From NCBI GenBank assembly GCA_044892525.1, contig CM097885.1, forward strand, positions 38,504,001 to 38,568,000: a DNA stretch of 64,000 bases, given 5' to 3'. A model generated the notes under the pieces. That model was not told the origin of the DNA and did no database searches. It saw nothing but the letters and a program-made list of their open reading frames with translations. The translations under genes and the position numbers were made by a program. The stretch comes from Schmidtea polychroa. Taxonomy: Eukaryota. Positions 12,201 through 17,832 of this stretch are shown one piece after another (positions within the stretch are counted from its first letter, which is position 1; each line of letters starts with the position of its first letter).

Positions 12201-14534
12201 GCCATAGCAATAGGCGCGTCAAGAGATGTACTCAGAGAATTATTAAGAACGGGATCCACGCTGAAAGAAAAAGACAACAAACAACGAACCGTATTACGTT
12301 ATGCCGTCAGGTCAAAAAGACCTAGTATAGTGAACTTTATCACAGGAAATGCAACAACCGAAGAAACCGAGGTGTTGGGACAGAGCATTGAACCAATTCT
12401 GGAAGCCATCAGAGGAAACTTAGACAGAACCGCAGCAATATTAATCAAATGGAAACAAAACGAATTAAGAGCGGAAGTAATTGATATAAATCAATTCCAA
12501 AACAACGAAAATATCGTACTAAGAAGCGCCATATACTCAAGACCACCAATGCCAAAAACCATTAAAGCAATATTACAGAGAAATAGAACAGAATTGACAG
12601 GTAATTGGTGGAAATGCACAAAAACACATGCGATGAAAAAGCAACTAGAAATACTAGTGTGGGAATGGCACCGGAAACAACGGAAATATCAAGGAACCAA
12701 AGAAGAACGAGAAAGTATCCACAACGACAAAAAAGAGATAATTAAAAAATACGAGGAGATGATCAAAGCAGCAAATGTCGAGGACGACATTTTCAGGAAA
12801 ACCCCGGGTGAAAGGAATGACGACGACGACGACGACGAAAGGATGGGGGATAACGATAACAACCCAGAGGAAAACGACAGAGAACAGAATCCGGAAGGCG
12901 GAGAAACAACGAGTGATGATGAGGAATTGGAAGAAGACGAAGAAGACCAATGTCGAGGTGAAGATCAAGGATTCGACAAAACGGAGAACAAAAAACGAAA
13001 GTCCCCACTACATAGCATAGTGTGTCGAAATCAAATCCAGCCAATCCTACTACAAAGAATATTTATAATATTAACATCCATCTGTTTAACAGAAACAAAA
13101 AATATGAGAATCGTAAGAGAAGCTCCCCAAGAAGGTGAAGTATTTATGATAAAAGTCAGTGATTACGACGGAAATGCCGTCGGAATATGTGTGCAACTAA
13201 TGGAAGGAACAGGAGTAAGTTGTGATTTCAGATCGATAACAAAAGGAAAGATTTTTAGCAGCCAAAAAAGAGATCCCAGGCTATGTGGAGATTATGACAT
13301 CTGTAGAGACATATCAACAGAGGAAATGGAGCTAGAAAGAGCCAACGAAACCGGAGTACATTTTCAACTCAACATTTTGGAAGAAGGTATCGAAATAGAA
13401 GATAAAGGGAGTCGATCAATTACACATGTATGCATCAGAGAAGACAGAGACATATGCATAATAACTGATATGACACAAGACCACAAATTCTTCTGGGGAG
13501 AGGTCAAACCAAATACCCCTACTGTGGTATGCGCAGGAACACAAGGGATAGTAGTATGTAAAGGAACAAGAACTGCACCAAGAAAAGACAAGCCAAAGAG
13601 TATGGCAATGAAACAAGATCCATTGAGGGGGATAACAACCAAGAAGCCAAACAAATCAGTTAGTACAAAAACAACAACAGAGCAAAATCAAACCGAATTA
13701 ATAACAACAACAACATGGATTAACGAAGTAATTAAAGACGAAAGACGGGAAGTGCAGATAACTATTAACCTCAACAAGAAAGGTGAAGAGGTAATTACAG
13801 TCAAAAACCAGGAAGGAGAACCAATCATAAGGATATGTGTAATGGATAAGACGGGAATAATCGACTGTACAACAACACCGATAGACAAAGGTACAGACGT
13901 TAAAATGGAGACAGGGAAACGGAAAGAACGATACCAAGTATGTATCCTTAAGAAAGGAAGAGGAACCAGCGTATGTCAACCAATAACTCGACAAAAACCC
14001 CAATTAATAAACATACCATGGATACCCCGAGATCAAGAAGGGGGAGAGAAACGGGAAAATCACAGTCACCTAACAGAAAAAGAGAAGGAACGATTACATC
14101 AAGCATTCAAGAAAATCAAAGCACCAGAAACAAATACCACAGGTAGTACAATATTAACGACAGAAAAAACAAATAATGGAACAACGATCATCACAAAGAT
14201 GATATGGATAACTAGCGCGATAGTAAGCACGATAATAGCGTTAGCAATGATTCAGTGGATAAGAACCACCAAAAGATGTAAACAAAAACCGAGAAACCAA
14301 AGAAAATGGCCCAAAGTGGAAAAATTTGAATACGGTATTCCAACAGAGAATCTGAATCTAGAAGAATACGAGGTGGTAGAGGATCCCGGATCCAGCGGAT
14401 TGTGGATGTCGGAGCTACCAAGAATACCCACACCTAACGAATGGACACACGAGGTCGATATATACCGAATAACGGACGAAAGATATGGGGGAATGCGCAC
14501 GCTGCATTCCGGCCCCATGGCGACACTGGTATAA
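246..14534 (+). CDS. Gag-accessory-Env-Pol polyprotein (~4,700 aa)
   Basis: Uninterrupted 14.3-kb ORF. Frame is open from 159 (TAG at 156-158); the track start is TTG 246 and the first ATG is 468. Confidence 0.95.
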   Translation: MEKEEIQKAKTNRKLHRKPASVETVFESDSLTNEFENSDDLKRTELDPISDIESSDEEGNSSESTNITILCQEIMTDGIPNVTGLTDPPETSNVHVNIGEFREKFRGEPFDGNINQLETFIKEFEVYITICHWPDIVVRERIPLYLKGSAQDVYLEAKCDATKLRTWKEIKEFLIKTFGTEKEGNRKMLDFLHRKQKYNESNALYACELRRLAREAFDSNQPVPEDKIIAVFVDGMKREDIRATLGCRAPETLEEALKIANKCETYLTPIQVAAMTAAPAAPATTATTTNNQVNNANPVMNQFIPGSQQLFKTPQTRNQNNGGNIQNFTNNFRNNDINNRTCNICQRPGHWSNECYKARVCQKCGRRGHTENVCRGPMMSMSRGGTRTCYNCNQPGHMARECTMRTKPNQPGSNNPVQNTQINLMQEIEQLKDMILRIPTNNQQQRINMMQSTEEIRNQPSKQQQDQQRVEWQRLQNEEAREIQERWKQREANPGRINMMRLTNKEESHTAEQCVNNDGSEPIINKEIKTTKEDEIDPRTELSSEEKIQLIKEFTKEEKERRQKKDESKDEPKSNEIITKNRIQRVLLQKIEDRIKNENPTLTEEQIKEKVKEHWFRKNEWFEKKEPHTKAKINMLRQMRSDQTDQEDEKSEVSSLGGELFQSSEENNEPKTPPNSETPQSSEESENDDMKSMIEKDEEEIFEEILDTVTEIERNESYINELTYRKCLKLITQVYQCEGGIITAAWKDLATKYKEKLKEAGPDQYQVSIQHPEIQIQTIELKGTNTDELYNWVQEKMGTSHKNKQLYVDGYKVKMGIHLVDAMIWPNETNILTLEKTRDDDSVAEMFKKIQQVFNNEVEPELEKIERKIMKENQIILVKQAIDQTRKYINRLRERWPQLMKQFVKDVRDTEIMRFEDKRATELISKYGEYERTKCEHETIKIKVKLPNEEKQIIEVNPDCQVDELVQIIDQEIIQKARENSEDGMIEDVIIMYNRHMLERGDRTVIYELGIWEDGAVINIIAMDEPSGGHKNATKTEQQIKRFQWGMRAKMDRIIDIYNHWLKDDKLKLAAFNDEDCKLIPWKKVWIESEARWDWEQQKLEPNWIDNIPEEIAAVWVREKPIDTYQDILPQEFQNELPSGEDEEIREPVRLAPFTWKIENWMEKIKSAKEEKITRLVSPPFYSGLGEYKMKLRIYPNGDGIGKGSYVSAFFVICKGNYDDKVPWPFSRKVTIAIEPLKDSLNRHKETLKPDPRSACYQRPTTSENIASGTPKLIRLSYIENEQSKFVKNNAIQIRVEVETEQEMNQRLNIPENQPRICMMRRRVSDSGHLPIDADADEEEAATLLEAQKCKELMEILQNGAKNRRRAVVELAKWIAESCKRIQNLRKIVKAIEEYRRVYVWYPEQFGEIIRKWKQQEWAENSPEKYQLKIFMPDFEPMEKEFYTTAKVREVKKRIPYELPFHLQHEGRSLDDDIEIGVTPLQGEIVNRLTVSKIAGRELRRREIKQKSSTQQPGSLDTPEVPNAVSEVTIETTGEDEILDELQEIVEAGEIMRASQSGDLFIDEGEPTTDDLDGFVCAQRQPVETTEAETDLDNVERGANKDVTTTDEWSNWRVDPGATTSKDTTYNPPKRKETGTVMDRRTRGRPKTDKAEIEPKSKVQAQMEQVKTKMDKLSALVKQVKVKTSVREQGTRWINDLLANMLALANPDVKRVMRKDNIPTEAKQLWAVLKPIIMKITDNKIRLTLKDPVELRLIVEHLLTRSEDQNRYLVGLAYLVYNVIGKYKKRMPKYNATGYEFTVTEIIKRSIEPYILEQGGWRNFIESTGKKDQTEMMQAKLRDLLTEFEGTINMNDPRASRKGMNAIITTILIWMMCIKGTESFAVYDCDNIKIHEKYSLKDTEDCKAANPRKLQTVMASVSYNVYQEADFIKTMVQECTVTRKIFAHHCGSSSHSTIIEPGLESTVILLSREECEEGFRSGRIHLRQGIEIAAEPGKIKTTRVYTAGRITKGDGTCETGTYTLNGQLVSGVVVIESYEAKLEKYQGYFDPDTQAMKKYPSCLASDRSCSTGMSTLVYHADQKVCRLMLLKTAIFEEIQGKVYSEPKGEAERRAMEELRARKGFREDVITSKLESEVTPTAIISKDDGIGMRFIKNKMVSKCDEMVISTNYKGIYLSRRTLANAVGRLSEKDVKLYLYANNKMDFLYHRGLTSTEKVYHDLLRNDCLLNKEILRTKLAMAITNPDNAIPLLPLQEGYFGRIVGEVMYTYQCKKIMARLPENPTIPRDKCANELEIIHEGKPRFVQAVTRIMNPVGFQPNLFNCSNAYGPMYEKEDGQWVQFPSKTIVVTPKKFGLTELTTELEFKPIDVSQSGLYTPKDLESARAHMLFPAHRQAILSNIVTISGGNNYGESPNYELLLSPSHYQQATANMMKAMWGRFLVFGQMMAGILGIILIIQIVRVILTQMLACFDIYKRERKVNWKLAIGFLPFLAKTMVLHGHSKDIHRIKRLLKILTQMKGTDEEVGRKFKVIMRLEAERTQEKAKRTGKWKKWMNLRRDDDSDNDNDDFNDDDNNQGGAMWINKNTATWENEKMKPWGSPYSQTPYLQAPTNGPIRRPGTMRERIRMGTGRLPIPNIYPTAYEPNWAAMDPTMIKQAKSVEQEVETRTIAVLQTPAGPSLTITVEVNGIEMDAMIDTGANISAINMNMLPGRLWPCIEETTMDVITCSKQSIAVVGRVWSTIEYKGVKVTTYLAVIRQLSVSCIIGTDVMPELLKEIVIDLSSMKLKDKTGQICTMRTEVRCSEKMIIPARTQTICYVKVDNEAKGDMIFEPSQKFEKRRELPLAREIVSINEDNEIPINITNFDEEDKVIYENERLGKLTPMMNIELPEIKSEGADEKELWTIDSELLNKDEKEQLRQLLIEFKDIFAASDLDLGTSDVTQHIIPLTDETPITLRPYRLAEAQKTVAEEEVQKMLDAGVIEPSCSPWQFPVVMVKKKDGTQRFCIDYRRLNAVTKRDTYPLPDINEMLQMLHGAAYFTSLDLKSGYWQIKVKEEDREKTAFTIGKDLYQFKKMPFGLTNAPASFQRCMNFVTHGIKQCMVYIDDLLIYSGTFEQHLIDIRNVFIRLKQWKLKLKPSKCDWAKERVTFLGHIVSAKGKEPDPRNVEKIKNCPIPKTVTQVQEFLGLCGYYRKFIKNYATIAKPIQELTKKDTPFLWEREQQIAFESLRDKLIASPILIHPDFKKPFLLATDASGYASGAVLGQWDEEKRERVIGYYSKTFKKHEKNYSVTEREALAIIQAIKHFKYLLWGHEIIITTDHQPLVWLGQHKEASSRLMRWAMQLQEYSPYIKFKSGKANANADCMSRFVFEELMDHDVRRICLIIAEDIDFTNLKNEQKEDNELKLIIEFLEKNDMKIFNNDDRLKEHMEKNRHRYTIEKGWLLVMDGDKRLMCLPEGRRKEIMIQYHDGKLGGHMSAKKTEARLKQKYYWPNMSDDVKEWIKNCLICATRKTTGSKLKPPLKPMPIPPEPMTMIAMDVVGPLPEINSGNVYILVITDYLTKFPEAFAMPDQKARTVARILVEEICCRYGTPKQILTDQGTNFMSEIINEVTNYFRIAKLRTSPYHPQTNGQTERFNGILIDMMSNYVSKHQKDWDEYIKLCLMAYRMSIHSATKMSPFKLMYGRECNMPMDLEYQPPISQYMEIDDYVTKFKERMQEIWKTAGMNIRFNQESYKELHDKKKNVQNHQFKIGDWVIIETPELIPGTAKKLQRNGRGPYEIIYVNENNARVKLVNNPLIRPIYVNTCRCKAVAKTATKDPETRRIITRSQTNATTEPEVSGRLTRSQTRRIFMLRGETSSSAHKGTEAESEADAMARSQATWNMTVKIAREIVPEWADITNKYQVLGKLMLVAERYAKGRRYAEGLQIPTQIYELIRRLPIMFLTSDLSNNWPIHHAVKAGQEKRALEIIRIMENCKQSTNVKNSKGKTPLMKAIAIGASRDVLRELLRTGSTLKEKDNKQRTVLRYAVRSKRPSIVNFITGNATTEETEVLGQSIEPILEAIRGNLDRTAAILIKWKQNELRAEVIDINQFQNNENIVLRSAIYSRPPMPKTIKAILQRNRTELTGNWWKCTKTHAMKKQLEILVWEWHRKQRKYQGTKEERESIHNDKKEIIKKYEEMIKAANVEDDIFRKTPGERNDDDDDDERMGDNDNNPEENDREQNPEGGETTSDDEELEEDEEDQCRGEDQGFDKTENKKRKSPLHSIVCRNQIQPILLQRIFIILTSICLTETKNMRIVREAPQEGEVFMIKVSDYDGNAVGICVQLMEGTGVSCDFRSITKGKIFSSQKRDPRLCGDYDICRDISTEEMELERANETGVHFQLNILEEGIEIEDKGSRSITHVCIREDRDICIITDMTQDHKFFWGEVKPNTPTVVCAGTQGIVVCKGTRTAPRKDKPKSMAMKQDPLRGITTKKPNKSVSTKTTTEQNQTELITTTTWINEVIKDERREVQITINLNKKGEEVITVKNQEGEPIIRICVMDKTGIIDCTTTPIDKGTDVKMETGKRKERYQVCILKKGRGTSVCQPITRQKPQLINIPWIPRDQEGGEKRENHSHLTEKEKERLHQAFKKIKAPETNTTGSTILTTEKTNNGTTIITKMIWITSAIVSTIIALAMIQWIRTTKRCKQKPRNQRKWPKVEKFEYGIPTENLNLEEYEVVEDPGSSGLWMSELPRIPTPNEWTHEVDIYRITDERYGGMRTLHSGPMATLV
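552..1451 (+). other. gag: Gag capsid-like region plus three CCHC zinc knuckles
   Basis: PFDG...FIKEFE...W...LYLKGSA retrotransposon Gag pattern; CNICQRPGHWSNEC (1269), CQKCGRRGHTENVC (1326), CYNCNQPGHMAREC (1410). Confidence 0.92.
2538..2753 (+). other. Ubiquitin-like domain 1 in polyprotein (putative)
   Basis: YQVSIQHPEIQIQTIEL...TDELYNWVQEKMG...QLYVDGYKV...LVDAMI...ILTL follows the beta-grasp spacing of ubiquitin. Confidence 0.5.
3063..3311 (+). other. Ubiquitin-like domain 2 in polyprotein (putative)
   Basis: IKIKVKLPNEEKQIIEVNPDCQVDELVQII...IIMYNRHML...IYELGIWEDGAVINII resembles MQIFVK..GK.ITLEV.PSDTI...LIF.GK.L...L.DY.I. Confidence 0.6.
3702..4142 (+). other. TRAF-type MATH domain in polyprotein
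   Basis: FTWKIENW...SPPFYSG..EYKMKLRIYPNGDGIGKGSYVSAFF..CKGNYDDKVPWPF...YQRPTTSENIASG...FVKNNAIQIRVEV: hallmark TRAF-C motifs. Confidence 0.95.
4521..4724 (+). other. Ubiquitin-like domain 3 in polyprotein (putative)
   Basis: YQLKIFMP...TAKVREVKKRI...HLQHEGRSLDDD...RLTV; L..EGRSLDD resembles LIFAGKQLED of ubiquitin. Confidence 0.55.
5301..5711 (+). other. BCL-2-like domain (approximate bounds)
   Basis: BH2-like IEPYILEQGGWRNF (QGGW at 5685-5696), preceded by a hydrophobic BH1-like helix RYLVGLAYLVY; the canonical NWGR is not conserved. Confidence 0.6.
5823..7730 (+). other. env: Envelope glycoprotein, chuvirus/Jingchuvirales G-like (class III fusogen), inside polyprotein
   Basis: Signal peptide MNAIITTILIWMMCIKGTES, then AVYDC..YSL.DTEDC, C..HHCG.SSHS, EEC, GDGTC..G, NDC, GEVMY.YQC, C.NEL cysteine scaffold; TM at 7548-7643. 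Confidence 0.8.
8250..8603 (+). other. Retropepsin aspartic protease
   Basis: AMIDTGANISAI (DTG at 8316-8324) and CIIGTD. Confidence 0.95.
8960..10330 (+). other. pol: Reverse transcriptase and RNase H
   Basis: RFCIDYRRLN, LDLKSGYWQI, MPFGLTNAPASFQ, YIDD (9534), FLGH; RNase H LATDASG (D at 9981), EREALAI, TDHQPL, NADCMSR. Confidence 0.98.
10380..11660 (+). other. Integrase (HHCC, DDE core, GPY/F)
   Basis: HDGKLGGH (10626)...CLIC (10737); MDVVGP (D 10836), TDQG (D 11016), TERFN (E 11124); GRGPYEI. Confidence 0.97.
12069..12341 (+). other. Ankyrin repeats (about 3)
   Basis: NNWPIHHAVKAG; NVKNSKGKTPLMKAI; EKDNKQRTVLRYAV. Confidence 0.85.
13044..14534 (+). other. C-terminal type-I membrane protein module of unknown family
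   Basis: Signal-like ILLQRIFIILTSICLT, Cys/beta-rich ectodomain with Thr-rich stalks, TM MIWITSAIVSTIIALAMIQWI (14199-14261), basic stop-transfer RTTKRCKQK. Confidence 0.6.
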
Positions 14535-14682
14535 CAAGAGGAGGAGTTGTTGTAAATAATGTATAAATGAAATGATAAAAGTAGTGATAATAGTAGTGGT
14601 ATGTACAAAATAAAAGTAGTAAATTAAAACAATATGTAGAAAAATCAAAAACAAGTATGATGACCATGTATTATAAATAGGA

Positions 14683-15138
14683 ATGAACCAGAGAAACGAA
14701 GAGCAAGAACACCCAAATGGGATACCACATGTTGTTGAAGTAAGAGAACAGCCGCTTATGAATGTACATCCAGTAGACATGATGGAAATGAACGTGCCAA
14801 ACCAGCCGAGTCAGCCAACAGGATCCATGTGGAGGGCACAGTGTGAATTAATGACCCAATTGACAAATCAGACTCAAGAGCACTGGGTACGAAACCAAAC
14901 GGCGTTGATAGAGAGTATTAATAGAAATGCAATATATATTACAAAAATAGAGGAACAACACCAAATAATCGCGCAACTAGAGTATAATAACAATCAGTTA
15001 ATAAGCCAAATCAGATGGCAAGCGGAAGAAATTAGAAGGTTGCATGAAAATCGACAACATGATGATATTACCAGTTTAGTCGAGTGGATGACCGGGTTAC
15101 CAGGAACAGGGGAACCGGACTCGACGGTAGATGTGTAG
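14683..15138 (+). CDS. Accessory ORF1, small coiled-coil protein
   Basis: 151-aa ORF, same strand and composition as the element; heptad region IEEQHQIIAQLEYNNNQL. Confidence 0.7.
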   Translation: MNQRNEEQEHPNGIPHVVEVREQPLMNVHPVDMMEMNVPNQPSQPTGSMWRAQCELMTQLTNQTQEHWVRNQTALIESINRNAIYITKIEEQHQIIAQLEYNNNQLISQIRWQAEEIRRLHENRQHDDITSLVEWMTGLPGTGEPDSTVDV

Positions 15139-15227
15139 GAGAAAAAGGAGTGAAATGTAAATAATCCTGTAAATAAATAGAGTTATAATCAAGTAGAAAT
15201 CCCAAGATTAAAAATCATCATTGTAGA

Positions 15228-16211
15228 ATGCAAAACAAAGCAGAGGAAAACCGGAGAGAAGCAGAGGAACAAAAGATTAACTATGAGTTGATGAGAAAAT
15301 ACCAAGCCGAGCCGGACGAGTTCGAAGAGAGATTATTATGTGCCGATACAGCATGTAGAAGATTATTAATTGGAGCAAGTCAAACTCGATGCGGGTGTAG
15401 ATTGTGCCGAGGGTGTGATATAAGATTAGCCAGACTAAAGCGAGAAACTTGTCCAGGATGTGGAGAAGCATTTAAGTTGGTTCCCACTGGTACGATACCG
15501 GATAGAGCAATGAACCGAGAAATCAGAGAAGTGAAAATAAGATGCACCCAAAGGTCATGCGAATGGACAGGCCGAGTAAAGGAGTTAAGAGCCCATACAG
15601 ACGTATGCGAATATCTAGAATCGGAATGCGAAGCATGCACGGTAAAGTTTTTACGAAAAGAGAAAACCAAACATAAAGGGGAATGCGAAGCGCGAACGGA
15701 AAAATGCGAATTTTGCGGAGAAACTGCTAATTGGAGAGAAATCGAAATGGAACATCGAAACACAGTAGAAAGACGGATTTGCGACGAATATACAGGGAAA
15801 TGCCCAAACGAGTGTGGAGAAATTAACAACGTCAGATTAAATGAACATTGGGAGATATGCACGAGAAAAGCAATAAGATGCCCAATGATGACATTCGACT
15901 GTAGAGCACAATTACCAGCAGAAGAAATGAAGAAGCATGTGGAGGAGAATACATTCGAGCACATGCAAAAGATGATGAGAGCAATAGAGTTAACAGCAAG
16001 AGCAATTGAAGACGTCAAAGACGAACTCAAATCACATAAAATCATGATAAAAGAAATGCTGAGCTCACAGGAAAGCTTCGAAAATACGAGAGAAGCCGTA
16101 ACACAAAGGATGTTGAAATTAGACGACAAATTAGTCGAAGTAACTAAATTACAAACCAAATGGACTACAAAGGAACTGACAACAGAGGATAGCATGGCCA
16201 TTCCGACATAG
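15228..16211 (+). CDS. Accessory ORF2, TRAF-like protein (RING, TRAF zinc fingers, coiled coil)
   Basis: FEERLLC...QTRCGCRLCRGC...CPGC; PDRAMNREI..VKIRC..CEWTG..L..H..C; repeated CxxC..H..C fingers. Confidence 0.88.
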   Translation: MQNKAEENRREAEEQKINYELMRKYQAEPDEFEERLLCADTACRRLLIGASQTRCGCRLCRGCDIRLARLKRETCPGCGEAFKLVPTGTIPDRAMNREIREVKIRCTQRSCEWTGRVKELRAHTDVCEYLESECEACTVKFLRKEKTKHKGECEARTEKCEFCGETANWREIEMEHRNTVERRICDEYTGKCPNECGEINNVRLNEHWEICTRKAIRCPMMTFDCRAQLPAEEMKKHVEENTFEHMQKMMRAIELTARAIEDVKDELKSHKIMIKEMLSSQESFENTREAVTQRMLKLDDKLVEVTKLQTKWTTKELTTEDSMAIPT

Positions 16212-16431
16212 ATTAAAAATATCTCTCTTAGGAGCAAAAAAGACACATATAATGTGTTTTCGAGCATCCAGTCCAGCAGGGAATAAACCGATTACAGAGG
16301 TTAATCCTGCGGTAGGAGTAGCAGAGTTTATGCAGCTATACCAATTTAATGAAGGGTCCTACATAGAAAAGGACACTATATTCTTCCTAATCGAACTAGA
16401 GGAGGAAGGACCAACAATAGAAATACGATAG
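16195..16431 (+). pseudogene. Out-of-frame C-terminal half of a TRAF MATH domain continuing ORF2
   Basis: +1 frame translates WPFRHRLKISLL...KPITEVNPAVGVAEFM...SYIEKDTIFFLIEL; not in the ORF track. Confidence 0.75.
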
Positions 16432-16571
16432 ACGGATAGAAGGGAACTGTAAATATTTTGTAAAAACGATGTAAAGTAAATATAAAGTTATTGTATACAG
16501 TAAAGTAACTTGCCAAAACCATAAAAATTAGAAAAAGAAAATGTAAAAAGAAATGATGAAATTTATTATAG

Positions 16572-17750
16572 ATGATTAATCAAGAGAGACCGAATATCCG
16601 AAAGAAAACGATCACAATGAGAGAGGAAGAGGACAATATGTCACCTAGAGAAAGAGCGAAGGATGCGGAAGTCAGCAAAACAAAACCAAGTAGTTACGCA
16701 TATTATCGAAGAATGGGAAACGATTATAATTGGGTACACGAAAATTTGAAACTGGGAGATAATGAACAATTCAGATGTGAGAACCAGAGATATCTGTCAT
16801 TTGAACATCAGACCATCTTCACCAAGGAACAGAGCCGAGCGCTAGCACGCGACGGATTTTTCTTCTCCGGAAAACCAGAGATACCCGATCAAGTAACATG
16901 TCGTTTCTGTAAAGGGAAATTAGCAGAATGGAAAAAAGGAGAACACCCAAAGGAGGAACATCGTAGACGATTCCCAACTTGTTTATTCGTACTGGGATTT
17001 GATGTACACAACAAACCGGAAATCAAATACGAAGCCTTGGAGAAATTGAAAACTGAAGACGAAAAAGGAGGGAAAATGAGCATCGCGATAACCAGAATCG
17101 TTGATGAGTATGTTCCAACTTGTGAAGGGGAATTCCTCACGCAAATAGCAGATAATAGAATGAAAACGTTCGGAGATGATACGAGAGGACCTGAATTAGC
17201 AATAAGAGGGTTCTACCTAACAGAAAATCAAATACTAAAGTGTGAAAGATGCGAAAGCCAACAGAGATTACCGGAAGAAGGCATACCAGAAATTAGACAT
17301 CAAGCATGGTGCCTATATCACAACGAACAAGAAACCGAATATCCGGAAGTACTAGTAACAGAGGAAGAGGTTGACGAAGTGGTAGACAAACCCAACATGT
17401 GCAGAGCGTTGAAAGCAGCCGGAATAGGCACGACAAGGGCAAAGAACATGATTAGAGAGAAACTACAGAAAAATGTACATATACCAACAACAACGTACGA
17501 TATGATCAGAGCGATAACCCAGTATAGAGAAAAACCTGAAACAAAAATAAAAGAAGAATCAATGGTCAAAACAGCTATCTTACGAGATATCAAATGTACT
17601 ATGTGTTGGGAGAGGAGTGTAGAAGTTATTCATATGCCATGCGGACATTTGATCGCATGTGCCACATGTAGTAGAAAAGTAAAGGAATGTCCGATGTGCA
17701 GACAGAGGATTGCGCAGCGAATCAAAGGATTCCGCTACGCCGATCAATAA
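16572..17750 (+). CDS. iap: Accessory ORF3, inhibitor-of-apoptosis protein (BIR, degenerate BIR, C-terminal RING)
   Basis: LARDGFFF...VTCRFCKGKLAEWKKGEHPKEEHRRRFPTC; LAIRGFY...KCERC...H.AWC; CTMCWERSVEVIHMPCGHLIACATC...CPMCR. Confidence 0.95.
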   Translation: MINQERPNIRKKTITMREEEDNMSPRERAKDAEVSKTKPSSYAYYRRMGNDYNWVHENLKLGDNEQFRCENQRYLSFEHQTIFTKEQSRALARDGFFFSGKPEIPDQVTCRFCKGKLAEWKKGEHPKEEHRRRFPTCLFVLGFDVHNKPEIKYEALEKLKTEDEKGGKMSIAITRIVDEYVPTCEGEFLTQIADNRMKTFGDDTRGPELAIRGFYLTENQILKCERCESQQRLPEEGIPEIRHQAWCLYHNEQETEYPEVLVTEEEVDEVVDKPNMCRALKAAGIGTTRAKNMIREKLQKNVHIPTTTYDMIRAITQYREKPETKIKEESMVKTAILRDIKCTMCWERSVEVIHMPCGHLIACATCSRKVKECPMCRQRIAQRIKGFRYADQ

Positions 17751-17832
17751 CAAAAATTAAAATTCCGTGTATAAAGTGTAGATAATAAATGTATGAAATA
17801 ATAGTGGTAGTAATAGTGTAATTATTTAGACA

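Noticed and set aside
16268..16361. Paired stems GCAGG/CCTGC and GTAGGA/TCCTAC as a ribozyme or IRES
   Set aside because: No ribozyme core seen; the region is better explained as out-of-frame MATH coding sequence.
15228..17750. TRAF and IAP as ordinary host genes next to a transposon
   Set aside because: They are intronless, share the element's strand bias and spacer motifs, and lie between integrase and the putative 3' LTR.
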